Source: an uncultured Haemophilus sp. (GTDB lineage Bacteria; Pseudomonadota; Gammaproteobacteria; Enterobacterales; Pasteurellaceae). Taken from it: 24,000 nucleotides of DNA. Shown piece by piece: positions 8,996-16,943 of the stretch. The stretch covers positions 16,097 to 40,096 of the forward strand of contig CAUUKJ010000019.1 of NCBI GenBank assembly GCA_963545995.1, given 5' to 3'. The notes under the pieces are model-generated. The model ran no database searches, had not been told where the DNA came from, and worked only from the letters and a program-made list of their open reading frames with translations. The translations under genes and the position numbers were made by a program. Each line of letters opens with the position of its first letter. Position 1 is the first letter of the stretch.

Positions 8996-9003
8996 TTTAA
9001 AAA

Positions 9004-10284
9004 TTAATGTAACTTCATCGAAGGACGTAAGAATCGGTTAATTTGTCCTACCAATAAAATCAAGCCTGTTTTAATCCAACCGTGAAGTGCCACTTGGTGC
9101 ATACGGTAAAGTGAAAGGTAAGCAAGGCGTGCGATTTTACCTTCGATAAACATATCACCTTTCACTAAGTTACCCATTAAGTTACCCACAGTACCGAAGT
9201 GTGAGAAAGAAAGTAATGAGCCTTTATCGTTGAATTTAAACGGTTTCATTTCTTTACCTTCTAACAATGCCACAATGTTTTTACCACATTGGGTTGCCAT
9301 TTGGTGTGCAGCTTGTGCTCGTGGCGGGATTGGTTTACCGTTTTGAATCAATGCAGCACAGTCGCCAATCACGAACACATCTTTATCTACCGTAGTTTGC
9401 ATTAAATCGGTGATTTCGATTTGATTTAAGCGGTTGGTTTCAAAACCAAACTCTTTGATAAAATCTGGTGCTTTCACTCCAGCTGCCCATACCATTAAAT
9501 CGGCTTCAATTTTTTCACCATCTTTAGTAATTAAACCATCTTCCATCGCCTCTGTGATCATTGTGTTCAAATGCACATCGACGCCTGCTTTACGTAACTC
9601 TGAAAGAGCTGAAGCAGACACTTTTTCTGTTAATGCAGGAATTAAGCGAGGGCCGGCTTCCACAAGTGCTACTTTTAAGCTTGCACGGTTTAATTTACCG
9701 AAACCGTATTCATTTAAGTGTGAAGCTGCGTTGTAAAGTTCGGCAGAAAGTTCGATCCCTGTTGCCCCACCGCCCACAATTGCGATTTTTACATCTTTAT
9801 CTTGACTATGTGAGAAGCGTAAAAATAGCTCAAGCATACGTTTTTGGAAGTGTTTTGCTTGCTCAGAGCTGTCTAAGAAAATACAGTGCTCTGCGACCCC
9901 TTTAGTGCCGAAATCGTTTGATTTACTGCCAATGGCAAGAATTAATTTGTCGTATGCGATGTGACGCTCAGCAACTAACACTTCACCGTTTTCGTCTAAA
10001 AGCGGCTCTAACACAATCTCTTTTTGCTCACGATTTACACCTGTAAGCGTGCCTTGTTGGAAGTGGAAATAGTGGTTAGTCGCATGAGCACGGTAGCTCA
10101 CTGCGTCTGTACCATCATCTAAAGAACCTGTTGCAACTTCGTGTAATAACGGTTTCCAAAGGTGGGTTGCGTTGCGGTCGATCAAAAGCACCTCTGCTTT
10201 CTTTTTTTTGCCTAATTTATTACCTAAATAGGTGGCAAGCTCTAAACCGCCAGCACCACCGCCGACAATTACGATTTTTTCCAT
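9004..10284 (-). CDS. ndh: Type II NADH dehydrogenase
   Basis: The 426-aa ORF reads [56 protein letters not shown]...[17 protein letters not shown]...RPSMKLH. It is collinear with my memory of E. coli Ndh and has two GxGxxG Rossmann motifs. Confidence 0.93.
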   Translation of the reverse strand: MEKIVIVGGGAGGLELATYLGNKLGKKKKAEVLLIDRNATHLWKPLLHEVATGSLDDGTDAVSYRAHATNHYFHFQQGTLTGVNREQKEIVLEPLLDENGEVLVAERHIAYDKLILAIGSKSNDFGTKGVAEHCIFLDSSEQAKHFQKRMLELFLRFSHSQDKDVKIAIVGGGATGIELSAELYNAASHLNEYGFGKLNRASLKVALVEAGPRLIPALTEKVSASALSELRKAGVDVHLNTMITEAMEDGLITKDGEKIEADLMVWAAGVKAPDFIKEFGFETNRLNQIEITDLMQTTVDKDVFVIGDCAALIQNGKPIPPRAQAAHQMATQCGKNIVALLEGKEMKPFKFNDKGSLLSFSHFGTVGNLMGNLVKGDMFIEGKIARLAYLSLYRMHQVALHGWIKTGLILLVGQINRFLRPSMKLH

Positions 10285-10389
10285 TGTATGCTCCGAAATT
10301 TTTTATAAATTAAAAAAATAAAACTGGCGTGAATTGTAAGGACTTTGAGCGGAAAGTCTAGACATTTTAACGTTTTTTTAACGAAAAAC

Positions 10390-10399
10390 GACCGCTTGT
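10390..10399 (-). other. Apl-type DNA uptake signal sequence (GACCGCTTGT = reverse complement of ACAAGCGGTC)
   Basis: Exact 10-mer read in the sequence. Confidence 0.7.
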
Positions 10400-10401
10400 G
10401 G

Positions 10402-10899
10402 TTATTCCGCGTGATTTTTTAAACGTAAAGACTGTTTACATTTTCGACAAATATAGCTGCGTTGATGACGTTGAATCGCATTATGACGACGCACAGAAAG
10501 AAGATGCGTTTGGCAGTCACATTCATAGGGGAATTGCTTTGTCACGCTTGCGGTGCTGAATTGGTGGTAAATTTCTGCAGGTACGCCAAGCACTTGTTCC
10601 ATCATCATTTTCCACTCTTTACCGTGCGGCTGAACCCGCCCAAATTGTTGATAAACCAACAGGTGAGCCAGCTCGTGTGGAACGACTTGCTGAATAAATT
10701 CCGTGCCATTTTCCGCTAATAAAACAGGGCTTAGGCGGATTTCATTTTTCTGTAAATACGCCACGCCTGCTTTTTGTCCGCGTAGTTCGTAATTTATGGG
10801 TGGGGTTGTAAATTCTTTGTTAAAGAATCGATTTGCCTTTTCTAAGCTTTGTTTAAGCTGGCGTTGGGCTTGGAGTTTGAGGATTCGTAGGTCTGACAT
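10402..10899 (-). CDS. sprT: SprT-family zinc metalloprotease-like protein
   Basis: The 165-aa ORF contains [37 protein letters not shown] and a C-terminal Cys cluster (CDC...CRKC). It is collinear with E. coli SprT. Confidence 0.88.
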   Translation of the reverse strand: MSDLRILKLQAQRQLKQSLEKANRFFNKEFTTPPINYELRGQKAGVAYLQKNEIRLSPVLLAENGTEFIQQVVPHELAHLLVYQQFGRVQPHGKEWKMMMEQVLGVPAEIYHQFSTASVTKQFPYECDCQTHLLSVRRHNAIQRHQRSYICRKCKQSLRLKNHAE

Positions 10900-10910
10900 A
10901 ATAATTCAAA

Positions 10911-11004
10911 GTAGGGTGTGTGGATTGAAAATCCACGCACGCAAGCGGTTAAATTTTCATTTTATTTGGCAAAGGCGTGCGTGAACTGCGTTCACACACC
11001 CTAC
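10911..11004. repeat. 94-bp palindromic intergenic element with perfect 12-bp terminal inverted repeats (GTAGGGTGTGTG / CACACACCCTAC)
   Basis: The termini were read directly. Each arm has its own sub-hairpin (GTGGAT..ATCCAC and GTGAAC..GTTCAC), and a USS-like GCAAGCGGT lies in the centre. Confidence 0.7.
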
Positions 11005-11013
11005 AACTTTATA

Positions 11014-11724
11014 TCATCTCGGGCAATCCATCGGTTGCCATTGTTTGTCGTAGCAAATATAAAGCTCGTTTTTACTTGCCCCTAAATACACGCGGTCTAA
11101 TTGTGGGTTATTTTTACGCATCCAGCGGAAAAGCTCATTATTTCGCATCCACGTATCCGGCAAGGTTAAATCATCAAACAAGGCTTTCTGTTTGGCAAAA
11201 TAGCTTTCAGGATCGTTGAACCCACAAGCACCGTGCTTTTCCCATTCGCCTTGTAATAGTGAAGCCCCTGGAGATTCGGGCAAATATTTTTCGATAATTT
11301 GTGGCGAAACAGGCGGCAAGTCGCCTTGGCAAAAACGTGGGTGTTCTTCGACAGATTTTGCATTTTTATTCTGTGCCCAAAGCCCGTGAATGATCCAACC
11401 GAATTGGCGATCGCTTTCACATTGATAAGCTGCCTTCTCAGGGATTTTACCGTGATTTTTTTCGCGCTGCGCTTCACAAAATGCAGGAGACCAAGAGAGT
11501 GCAAGCATATAGTAATCAACAGGTGCAGTGGAGTTTTGTCCGTATTTATCATCCGCCATTGCAATATCGTAATTATTTTTAACCGCTTGTTGAGCTTGAG
11601 AGACAGCACTAGAAGCGGTTATTGTTTGAGTAGGTGTTGATTTTTCTTGCTGATTTAAAAAGTAAGAAACAATAATCGCAAAAAGAAAAATCAATAGATT
11701 AATCGTCTTTTTAGTTAATTTCAT
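11014..11724 (-). CDS. rna: RNase T2-family ribonuclease (RNase I-like), with an N-terminal signal or anchor
   Basis: T2 catalytic motifs are present: CAS I FGWIIHGLWAQ and CAS II EWEKHGAC. The N-terminus is hydrophobic (KKTINLLIFLFAIIVSYFL). Confidence 0.82.
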   Translation of the reverse strand: MKLTKKTINLLIFLFAIIVSYFLNQQEKSTPTQTITASSAVSQAQQAVKNNYDIAMADDKYGQNSTAPVDYYMLALSWSPAFCEAQREKNHGKIPEKAAYQCESDRQFGWIIHGLWAQNKNAKSVEEHPRFCQGDLPPVSPQIIEKYLPESPGASLLQGEWEKHGACGFNDPESYFAKQKALFDDLTLPDTWMRNNELFRWMRKNNPQLDRVYLGASKNELYICYDKQWQPMDCPR

Positions 11725-11769
11725 AAAATAAATAGGTTAAAAGCAAATCATAAAGGTGTGTACTATAAA

Positions 11770-11779
11770 ACAAGCGGTC
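11770..11779 (+). other. Apl-type DNA uptake signal sequence ACAAGCGGTC
   Basis: Exact 10-mer read in the sequence. Confidence 0.7.
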
Positions 11780-11839
11780 GAAAAAACCAAAAACTTTACA
11801 AAGCTGACCAAAATTTCACCAATAGAAACTCAAATGTTA

Positions 11840-11861
11840 AATTTTGTGAAGCAGATCACGG
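11840..11861. promoter_or_regulatory. CRP-cAMP binding site upstream of mglB
   Basis: TGTGA (11845-11849), N6, then TCACG (11856-11860), compared with the consensus TGTGA-N6-TCACA. It lies about 115 bp upstream of the mglB start. The E. coli mgl operon is CRP-activated. Confidence 0.6.
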
Positions 11862-11966
11862 ATTATTCCTCCATAAATCTATATCATCTGGAGCAAGTTG
11901 TTAAGCCATAACAATTTAATGACTCTCTAAAATCTCTCTATGTCATTCCACTTAAGGGGAAATTCT

Positions 11967-12959
11967 ATGAAAAAAATGATTTTAAGTGCTGTAACATTCG
12001 CGGTTGCATTAGGTTCAGCAGTGGGTACTGCTCAAGCGAAAGATCGTATCGGTGTGACCATTTATAAATATGATGATAACTTTATGGCATTAATGCGTAA
12101 AGAGATCGAAAAAGAAGCAGCACAACATAAAGATGTTGAGTTATTAATGAATGACTCACAAAACACTCAATCTATTCAAAACGACCAAGTAGATGGTTTG
12201 CTTTCAAAAGGCGTGAAAGCTTTGGCTATCAACTTAGTTGACCCATCAGCTGCTCCAACCATTATTGGTAAAGCAAAAGGCGATGATGTGCCTGTAATCT
12301 TCTTTAACAAAGATCCAGGTGCGAAAGCAATTGGTAGCTATAAAAACGCTTACTATGTGGGTACTGACCCGAAAGAATCTGGCGTAATTCAAGGTGATTT
12401 AATTGCGAAACAATGGAAAGCGAACCCAGCGTTAGACTTAAACAAAGACGGTAAAATCCAATTTGTATTATTAAAAGGTGAACCTGGTCACCCAGATGCG
12501 GAAGCTCGTACAAAATATGTTGTGGATGAATTAAACAAACAAGGTATTCAAACTGAGCAATTGTTCATCGATACAGGTATGTGGGATGCAGCAATGGCGA
12601 AAGATAAAATGGACGCTTGGTTAACCAGCCCGAAAGCAGACCAAATTGAAGTGATCATTTCAAACAACGATGGTATGGCAATGGGTGCATTAGAAGCGAC
12701 TAAAGCACACGGTAAAAAATTACCAATCTTTGGTGTGGACGCATTACCTGAAGTATTACAACTCATCAAAAAAGGTGAAATTGCGGGTACTGTGTTAAAT
12801 GATGGTGTGGGTCAAGCGAAAGCGGTTATCGCATTATCAACTAACCTTGCTGCTGGTAAAGATGCAACTGCAGGCACTGATCTTAAATTAGAGAAAAATG
12901 TTGTACGTATCCCTTACTTAGGTGTGGATGCAAGCAACTTAGATAAATTCTTAAAATAA
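11967..12959 (+). CDS. mglB: Galactose/glucose ABC transporter periplasmic binding protein
   Basis: I prefer the ATG at 11967, with an AAGGGG Shine-Dalgarno 7 nt upstream. It gives the signal peptide [24 protein letters not shown] followed by [16 protein letters not shown]..., collinear with MglB. The track's start at 11940 adds 9 unsupported residues. Confidence 0.92.
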   Translation: MKKMILSAVTFAVALGSAVGTAQAKDRIGVTIYKYDDNFMALMRKEIEKEAAQHKDVELLMNDSQNTQSIQNDQVDGLLSKGVKALAINLVDPSAAPTIIGKAKGDDVPVIFFNKDPGAKAIGSYKNAYYVGTDPKESGVIQGDLIAKQWKANPALDLNKDGKIQFVLLKGEPGHPDAEARTKYVVDELNKQGIQTEQLFIDTGMWDAAMAKDKMDAWLTSPKADQIEVIISNNDGMAMGALEATKAHGKKLPIFGVDALPEVLQLIKKGEIAGTVLNDGVGQAKAVIALSTNLAAGKDATAGTDLKLEKNVVRIPYLGVDASNLDKFLK

Positions 12960-12971
12960 ATCATAAAACAC

Positions 12972-13006
12972 GAGGCACAGGCGTGTTCGCCGTGCCTCAA
13001 TTTTTT
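12972..13006 (+). terminator. Stem-loop plus T-run in the mglB-mglA spacer (partial terminator or mRNA-stabilising hairpin for differential expression)
   Basis: GAGGCAC (12972-12978) pairs with GTGCCTC (12992-12998), followed by AATTTTTT. Confidence 0.5.
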
Positions 13007-13020
13007 AAACGGAGTGAGAT

Positions 13021-14520
13021 ATGACAAGCGAAGTACTGCTCACAATGACAAATGTTAGTAAGTCTTTCCCTGGGGTAAAAGCACTGGATAAAGCGAATCT
13101 AACAGTAAAATCGCATAGTGTTCACGCACTGATGGGTGAAAACGGTGCGGGAAAATCAACACTCTTAAAATGCTTATTTGGTATTTATGCCAAAGATGAA
13201 GGCGAGATCCTGTTTTTAGGTAAGCCCGTTAATTTCAAAACATCTAAAGAGGCACTTGAAAACGGTATTTCAATGGTTCACCAAGAATTGAACCTTGTAA
13301 AACAAGTGAGCGTTATGGATAACCTTTGGCTTGGTCGCTATCCACTAAAAGGTCCGTTTGTTGATCACGATAAAATGTATCGCGACACAAAAGCGATTTT
13401 CGATGAATTGGATATTGATGTTGATCCAAGAGAAAAAGTGGCAAAACTTTCAGTTTCTGAAATGCAGATGATCGAAATTGCGAAAGCCTTCTCTTACAAC
13501 GCTAAAATCGTGATTATGGATGAACCAACTTCTTCACTTTCAGAAAAAGAAGTAGAACATTTATTCAAAATTATCCAAAAATTAAAAGATAGAGGCTGTG
13601 GTATTGTTTACATTTCGCACAAAATGGATGAGATTTTCAAAATCTGTGATGAAATTACTATTTTGCGTGATGGTAAATGGGTCAATACGATGGCAATTAA
13701 AGACACCTCAATGGATCAAGTGGTGTCAATGATGGTAGGGCGTGAATTAACGCAACGTTTCCCAGAAAAAACCAACAAACCGCAAGAAGTTGTTTTACAA
13801 ATTGAACATTTAACTGCGAAAAACCAACCATCTATCCAAGATGTAAGCTTTGAACTACGTAAAGGCGAAGTATTAGGTATCGCAGGTTTGGTGGGGGCGA
13901 AACGTACCGACATCGTAGAAACCATTTTCGGGGTGCGTGAAAAAGCAAGCGGTGTTATTAAACTTCACGGTAAAGAAATTAAAAACCATAATGCCTTTGA
14001 AGCGATTAACAACGGCTTTGCATTAGTGACCGAAGAGCGTCGTTCCACAGGGATTTACGCCAATTTAAGTATCGAATTTAACTCATTGATTTCCAATATG
14101 AAATCTTATTTGGGCAAATTCGGCTTACTCAGCAATAAAAAAATGAAAAGCGATACCCAATGGGTTATCGACTCAATGAACGTAAAAACCCCGTCGCATA
14201 GCACCTCAATTGGCTCGCTTTCAGGCGGTAACCAACAAAAAGTAATTATCGGTCGTTGGTTATTAACCCAACCTGAAGTGTTAATGCTCGACGAACCAAC
14301 TCGTGGTATCGACATCGGGGCAAAATTTGAGATCTACCAACTGATCCTAGAACTTGCCAATAAAGGAAAAGGCATCATTATGATTTCGTCTGAAATGCCA
14401 GAGTTACTTGGCGTAACCGACCGAATTCTTGTAATGAGTAACGGTAGAGTGGCAGGGATTGTCGAAACGGCAAAAACCTCTCAAGAAGAAATTTTACAAC
14501 TTGCGGCAAAATACTTATAA
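13021..14520 (+). CDS. mglA: Galactose/methyl-galactoside ABC transporter ATP-binding protein (two ABC domains)
   Basis: This is a 499-aa ORF. The first domain has Walker [10 protein letters not shown], signature LSVSEMQ and Walker [10 protein letters not shown]. The second domain has LSGGNQQK and [11 protein letters not shown]. Confidence 0.93.
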   Translation: MTSEVLLTMTNVSKSFPGVKALDKANLTVKSHSVHALMGENGAGKSTLLKCLFGIYAKDEGEILFLGKPVNFKTSKEALENGISMVHQELNLVKQVSVMDNLWLGRYPLKGPFVDHDKMYRDTKAIFDELDIDVDPREKVAKLSVSEMQMIEIAKAFSYNAKIVIMDEPTSSLSEKEVEHLFKIIQKLKDRGCGIVYISHKMDEIFKICDEITILRDGKWVNTMAIKDTSMDQVVSMMVGRELTQRFPEKTNKPQEVVLQIEHLTAKNQPSIQDVSFELRKGEVLGIAGLVGAKRTDIVETIFGVREKASGVIKLHGKEIKNHNAFEAINNGFALVTEERRSTGIYANLSIEFNSLISNMKSYLGKFGLLSNKKMKSDTQWVIDSMNVKTPSHSTSIGSLSGGNQQKVIIGRWLLTQPEVLMLDEPTRGIDIGAKFEIYQLILELANKGKGIIMISSEMPELLGVTDRILVMSNGRVAGIVETAKTSQEEILQLAAKYL

Positions 14521-14534
14521 ATCAGGAGTGAATT

Positions 14535-15545
14535 ATGTCTGCTGTCCAACCCAACAAAGCACTTAATTTTCTGAAACAAAATGCCATCTATTTTGTGTTG
14601 TTGATCTTACTCGGTATCATCATCACACAAGACCCGAGCTTTTTGAGTTTACGGAATTTTAGTAACATTTTAACCCAATCTTCTGTTCGTTTAATCATCG
14701 CACTTGGTGTAGCAGGGCTTATCGTTACCCAAGGTACTGACTTATCTGCAGGTCGTCAGGTAGGTTTGGCGGCGGTAATTTCCGCAACGCTCTTGCAAGC
14801 AATGGACAATATGAACAAAGTATTCCCGAACCTTGCTGAAATGCCAATCCCAGTGGTGGTGCTTATCATCTGCGGTATCGGTGCAATTATCGGTTTGTTT
14901 AATGGCTTTGTGATTGCTTACTTAAACGTAACACCATTCATTGCCACAATGGGGACAATGATCATCATCTACGGTATCAACTCACTTTACTATGATGCTG
15001 TAGGTTCATCACCAATCGCAGGCTTTAGCGAAAGTTTCTCCGACTTCACACAAGGTTTCTTCCGAATTGGTGGTTTTAAGCTCTCATACATCACTATTTA
15101 TGCAGCGATTGCAACCGTGATTATGTGGATTTTATGGAACAAAACCCGCTTCGGTAAAAACGTATTCGCTATTGGTGGTAACCCAGAAGCAGCGAAAGTA
15201 TCCGGCGTAAACGTTGCACTGAACTTAATGGGCATCTATATGGTGTCTGGTATCTTCTATGCCTTCGGAGGTATGTTAGAAGCAGGTCGTATTGGTAGTG
15301 CAACCAACAACTTAGGTTTTATGTATGAAATGGATGCGATCGCAGCTTGCGTTGTGGGTGGTGTATCATTCGCAGGTGGTGTGGGGACGATTATCGGTGT
15401 GGTAACTGGGGTGTTAATCTTTACCGTTATCAACTACGGTTTAACCTACATCGGCGTAAACCCTTATTGGCAATACATCATCAAAGGCGGCATCATTGTG
15501 TTAGCCGTTGCGATTGACTCATTGAAATACGCTAAGAAAAAATAG
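14535..15545 (+). CDS. mglC: Galactose/methyl-galactoside ABC transporter permease
   Basis: The 336-aa polytopic hydrophobic ORF lies immediately after mglA. Its sequence is typical of the MglC/RbsC family (TQGTDLSAGRQVGLAAV, GGNPEAAKVSGVNV). Confidence 0.92.
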   Translation: MSAVQPNKALNFLKQNAIYFVLLILLGIIITQDPSFLSLRNFSNILTQSSVRLIIALGVAGLIVTQGTDLSAGRQVGLAAVISATLLQAMDNMNKVFPNLAEMPIPVVVLIICGIGAIIGLFNGFVIAYLNVTPFIATMGTMIIIYGINSLYYDAVGSSPIAGFSESFSDFTQGFFRIGGFKLSYITIYAAIATVIMWILWNKTRFGKNVFAIGGNPEAAKVSGVNVALNLMGIYMVSGIFYAFGGMLEAGRIGSATNNLGFMYEMDAIAACVVGGVSFAGGVGTIIGVVTGVLIFTVINYGLTYIGVNPYWQYIIKGGIIVLAVAIDSLKYAKKK

Positions 15546-15565
15546 TTAATTGAAAGGTTGAAATT

Positions 15566-15590
15566 AAAGGGCGTGTTAAACGCCCTTTTT
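15566..15590 (+). terminator. Intrinsic terminator of the mgl operon
   Basis: AAAGGGCGT, loop GTTAA, ACGCCCTTT, then a T-run. Confidence 0.8.
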
Positions 15591-15649
15591 CGTTTATACA
15601 AGCGGCTAAAATCGTAAAAAATTTTGCAAAACCAACCGCTTGCAACCGT

Positions 15650-15678
15650 TTGCTTTTTTATAAAAAAGGCACTATACT
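15650..15678 (+). promoter_or_regulatory. Sigma70-like promoter (-35 TTGCTT, 17-nt spacer, -10 TATACT)
   Basis: The hexamers were read at 15650-15655 and 15673-15678. Confidence 0.5.
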
Positions 15679-15684
15679 ACGCCC

Positions 15685-15786
15685 CTAGTTTTAGACATAG
15701 AAACTAGAAATGAATCTTCATATATTAACTCCTTATACATTATTTTCTCAGCTACGCATCGTTATTCGAGGCGTAGCTGTTTTTTT
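15685..15786 (+). ncRNA. Candidate ~100-nt leader RNA or sRNA: 5' hairpin, AU-rich single-stranded core, intrinsic terminator
   Basis: The 5' hairpin is CTAGTTT (15685-15691) / AAACTAG (15701-15707). The AU-rich core contains AACUCCUUA. The terminator is CAGCTACGC (15749-15757) / GCGTAGCTG (15771-15779) followed by T7. It lies 80 nt upstream of the amidohydrolase start. Confidence 0.4.
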
Positions 15787-15820
15787 ATTCATTTCGATCT
15801 ATTTTGATTAAATCGCTTTT

Positions 15821-15829
15821 ACAAGCGGT
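15821..15829 (+). other. Apl-type DNA uptake signal sequence core ACAAGCGGT followed by a T-run
   Basis: Exact 9-mer read in the sequence. Confidence 0.65.
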
Positions 15830-15865
15830 TTTTTTTCGCCCAAATTTTACAGAAAGGATAGCAAA

Positions 15866-16852
15866 ATGAGCCAACTTATTCGCACACTTAAAGGTCATAT
15901 TCGTGATGAAATCATCAAAAAAGGTGGCTGGGTAAATGCCCACGCCCACGCAGACCGTGCATTTACAATGACACCAGAGAAGATCACGGTATATCAAAAT
16001 GCAAACCTTCAACAAAAATGGGATTTGGTTGACGAAGTCAAACGTAATTCTACAGTGGACGATTACTACCGCCGTTTTTCACAAGCGATTGAATTGATGA
16101 TTTCTCAAGGGGTAACGGCATTTGGTACTTTTGTGGATATTGATGGGGTATGTGAAGATCGTGCCATTATTGCAGCACACAAAGCCCGTGAAGTGTATAA
16201 AAGCGACATTATTTTGAAATTTGCTAACCAAACGCTAAAAGGCGTAATTGAGCCAACCGCAAAAAAATGGTTCGATATTGGTTCTGAAATGGTGGATATG
16301 ATTGGCGGCTTGCCATATCGTGATGAGCTAGATTATGGCAAAGGTTTGGAAGCGATGGATATTTTGATGGATAAAGCGAAATCTCTAGGCAAAATGTTGC
16401 ACGTTCACGTTGACCAATTCAACACGCCAAAAGAAAAAGAAACTGAGCAACTTTGTGATAAGGCGATTGAACACGGTATGCAAGGTCGTGTTGTAGCAAT
16501 TCACGGCATTTCAATTGGGGCACATCCGAAAGAGTACCGTAAAATGCTTTATCAAAAAATGCGAGATAGCCAAATGATGGTCATTGCTTGCCCAATGGCG
16601 TGGATCGACAGTGGTCGTAAAGAAGATTTACAGCCATTTCATAACGCCCTAACGCCAGCAGATGAGCTGATTCCAGAAGGTATTACTGTGGCAATCGGTA
16701 CGGATAACATTTGTGACTATATGGTGCCACTTTGCGAAGGCGATATGTGGCAAGAACTAAGCTTGCTCTCAGCTGGATGTCGTTTTACCAACCTTGAAGA
16801 GATGTCAAATATCGCCTCAATTAACGGGCGTAAAGTGTTGGGTTTACTTTAA
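15866..16852 (+). CDS. Metal-dependent amidohydrolase, cytosine-deaminase-like (lacks the N-terminal beta-sandwich of CodA)
   Basis: An AAAGGA Shine-Dalgarno precedes the start. The HxH metal motif is WVNAHAHADRAF, followed by LHVHVDQF, AIHGIS and GTDN. This order matches the amidohydrolase TIM-barrel ligands of CodA-type deaminases. Confidence 0.7.
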   Translation: MSQLIRTLKGHIRDEIIKKGGWVNAHAHADRAFTMTPEKITVYQNANLQQKWDLVDEVKRNSTVDDYYRRFSQAIELMISQGVTAFGTFVDIDGVCEDRAIIAAHKAREVYKSDIILKFANQTLKGVIEPTAKKWFDIGSEMVDMIGGLPYRDELDYGKGLEAMDILMDKAKSLGKMLHVHVDQFNTPKEKETEQLCDKAIEHGMQGRVVAIHGISIGAHPKEYRKMLYQKMRDSQMMVIACPMAWIDSGRKEDLQPFHNALTPADELIPEGITVAIGTDNICDYMVPLCEGDMWQELSLLSAGCRFTNLEEMSNIASINGRKVLGLL

Positions 16853-16860
16853 TAAACAAA

Positions 16861-16886
16861 AAGACCGAGTAGAAATACTCGGTCTT
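16861..16886. terminator. Bidirectional intrinsic terminator between the convergent amidohydrolase gene and mltA
   Basis: AAGACCGAGTA, loop GAAA, then TACTCGGTCTT. Confidence 0.75.
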
Positions 16887-16887
16887 A

Positions 16888-16913
16888 CCTTGTATGCGTA
16901 GGGTGCAACTTGT
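16888..16913. repeat. Short member of the GTAGGG...CTAC palindromic element family
   Basis: The sequence is GTAGGGTGCAACTTGTTACACTCTAC. The arms GTAGGGTG and CACTCTAC have one mismatch. Confidence 0.5.
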
Positions 16914-16943
16914 TACACTCTACATAAATCTCTATAAAAGCAG

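Noticed and set aside
2319-9003. Mobility signatures for the dynamin-like block (integrase, transposase, flanking direct repeats)
   Set aside because: I compared the left (2319-2489) and right (8910-9003) junctions by eye and found no convincing direct or inverted repeats and no mobility gene. The horizontal-acquisition idea therefore rests only on composition and context.
9434-11640. Track ORFs 9434..9736, 9561..9905, 10131..10313, 10462..10719, 10796..10984, 10977..11219, 11166..11609 and 11299..11640
   Set aside because: All overlap ndh, sprT or the RNase T2 gene in other frames or on the opposite strand, or they span the palindromic repeat at 10911-11004. The translations are unconvincing.
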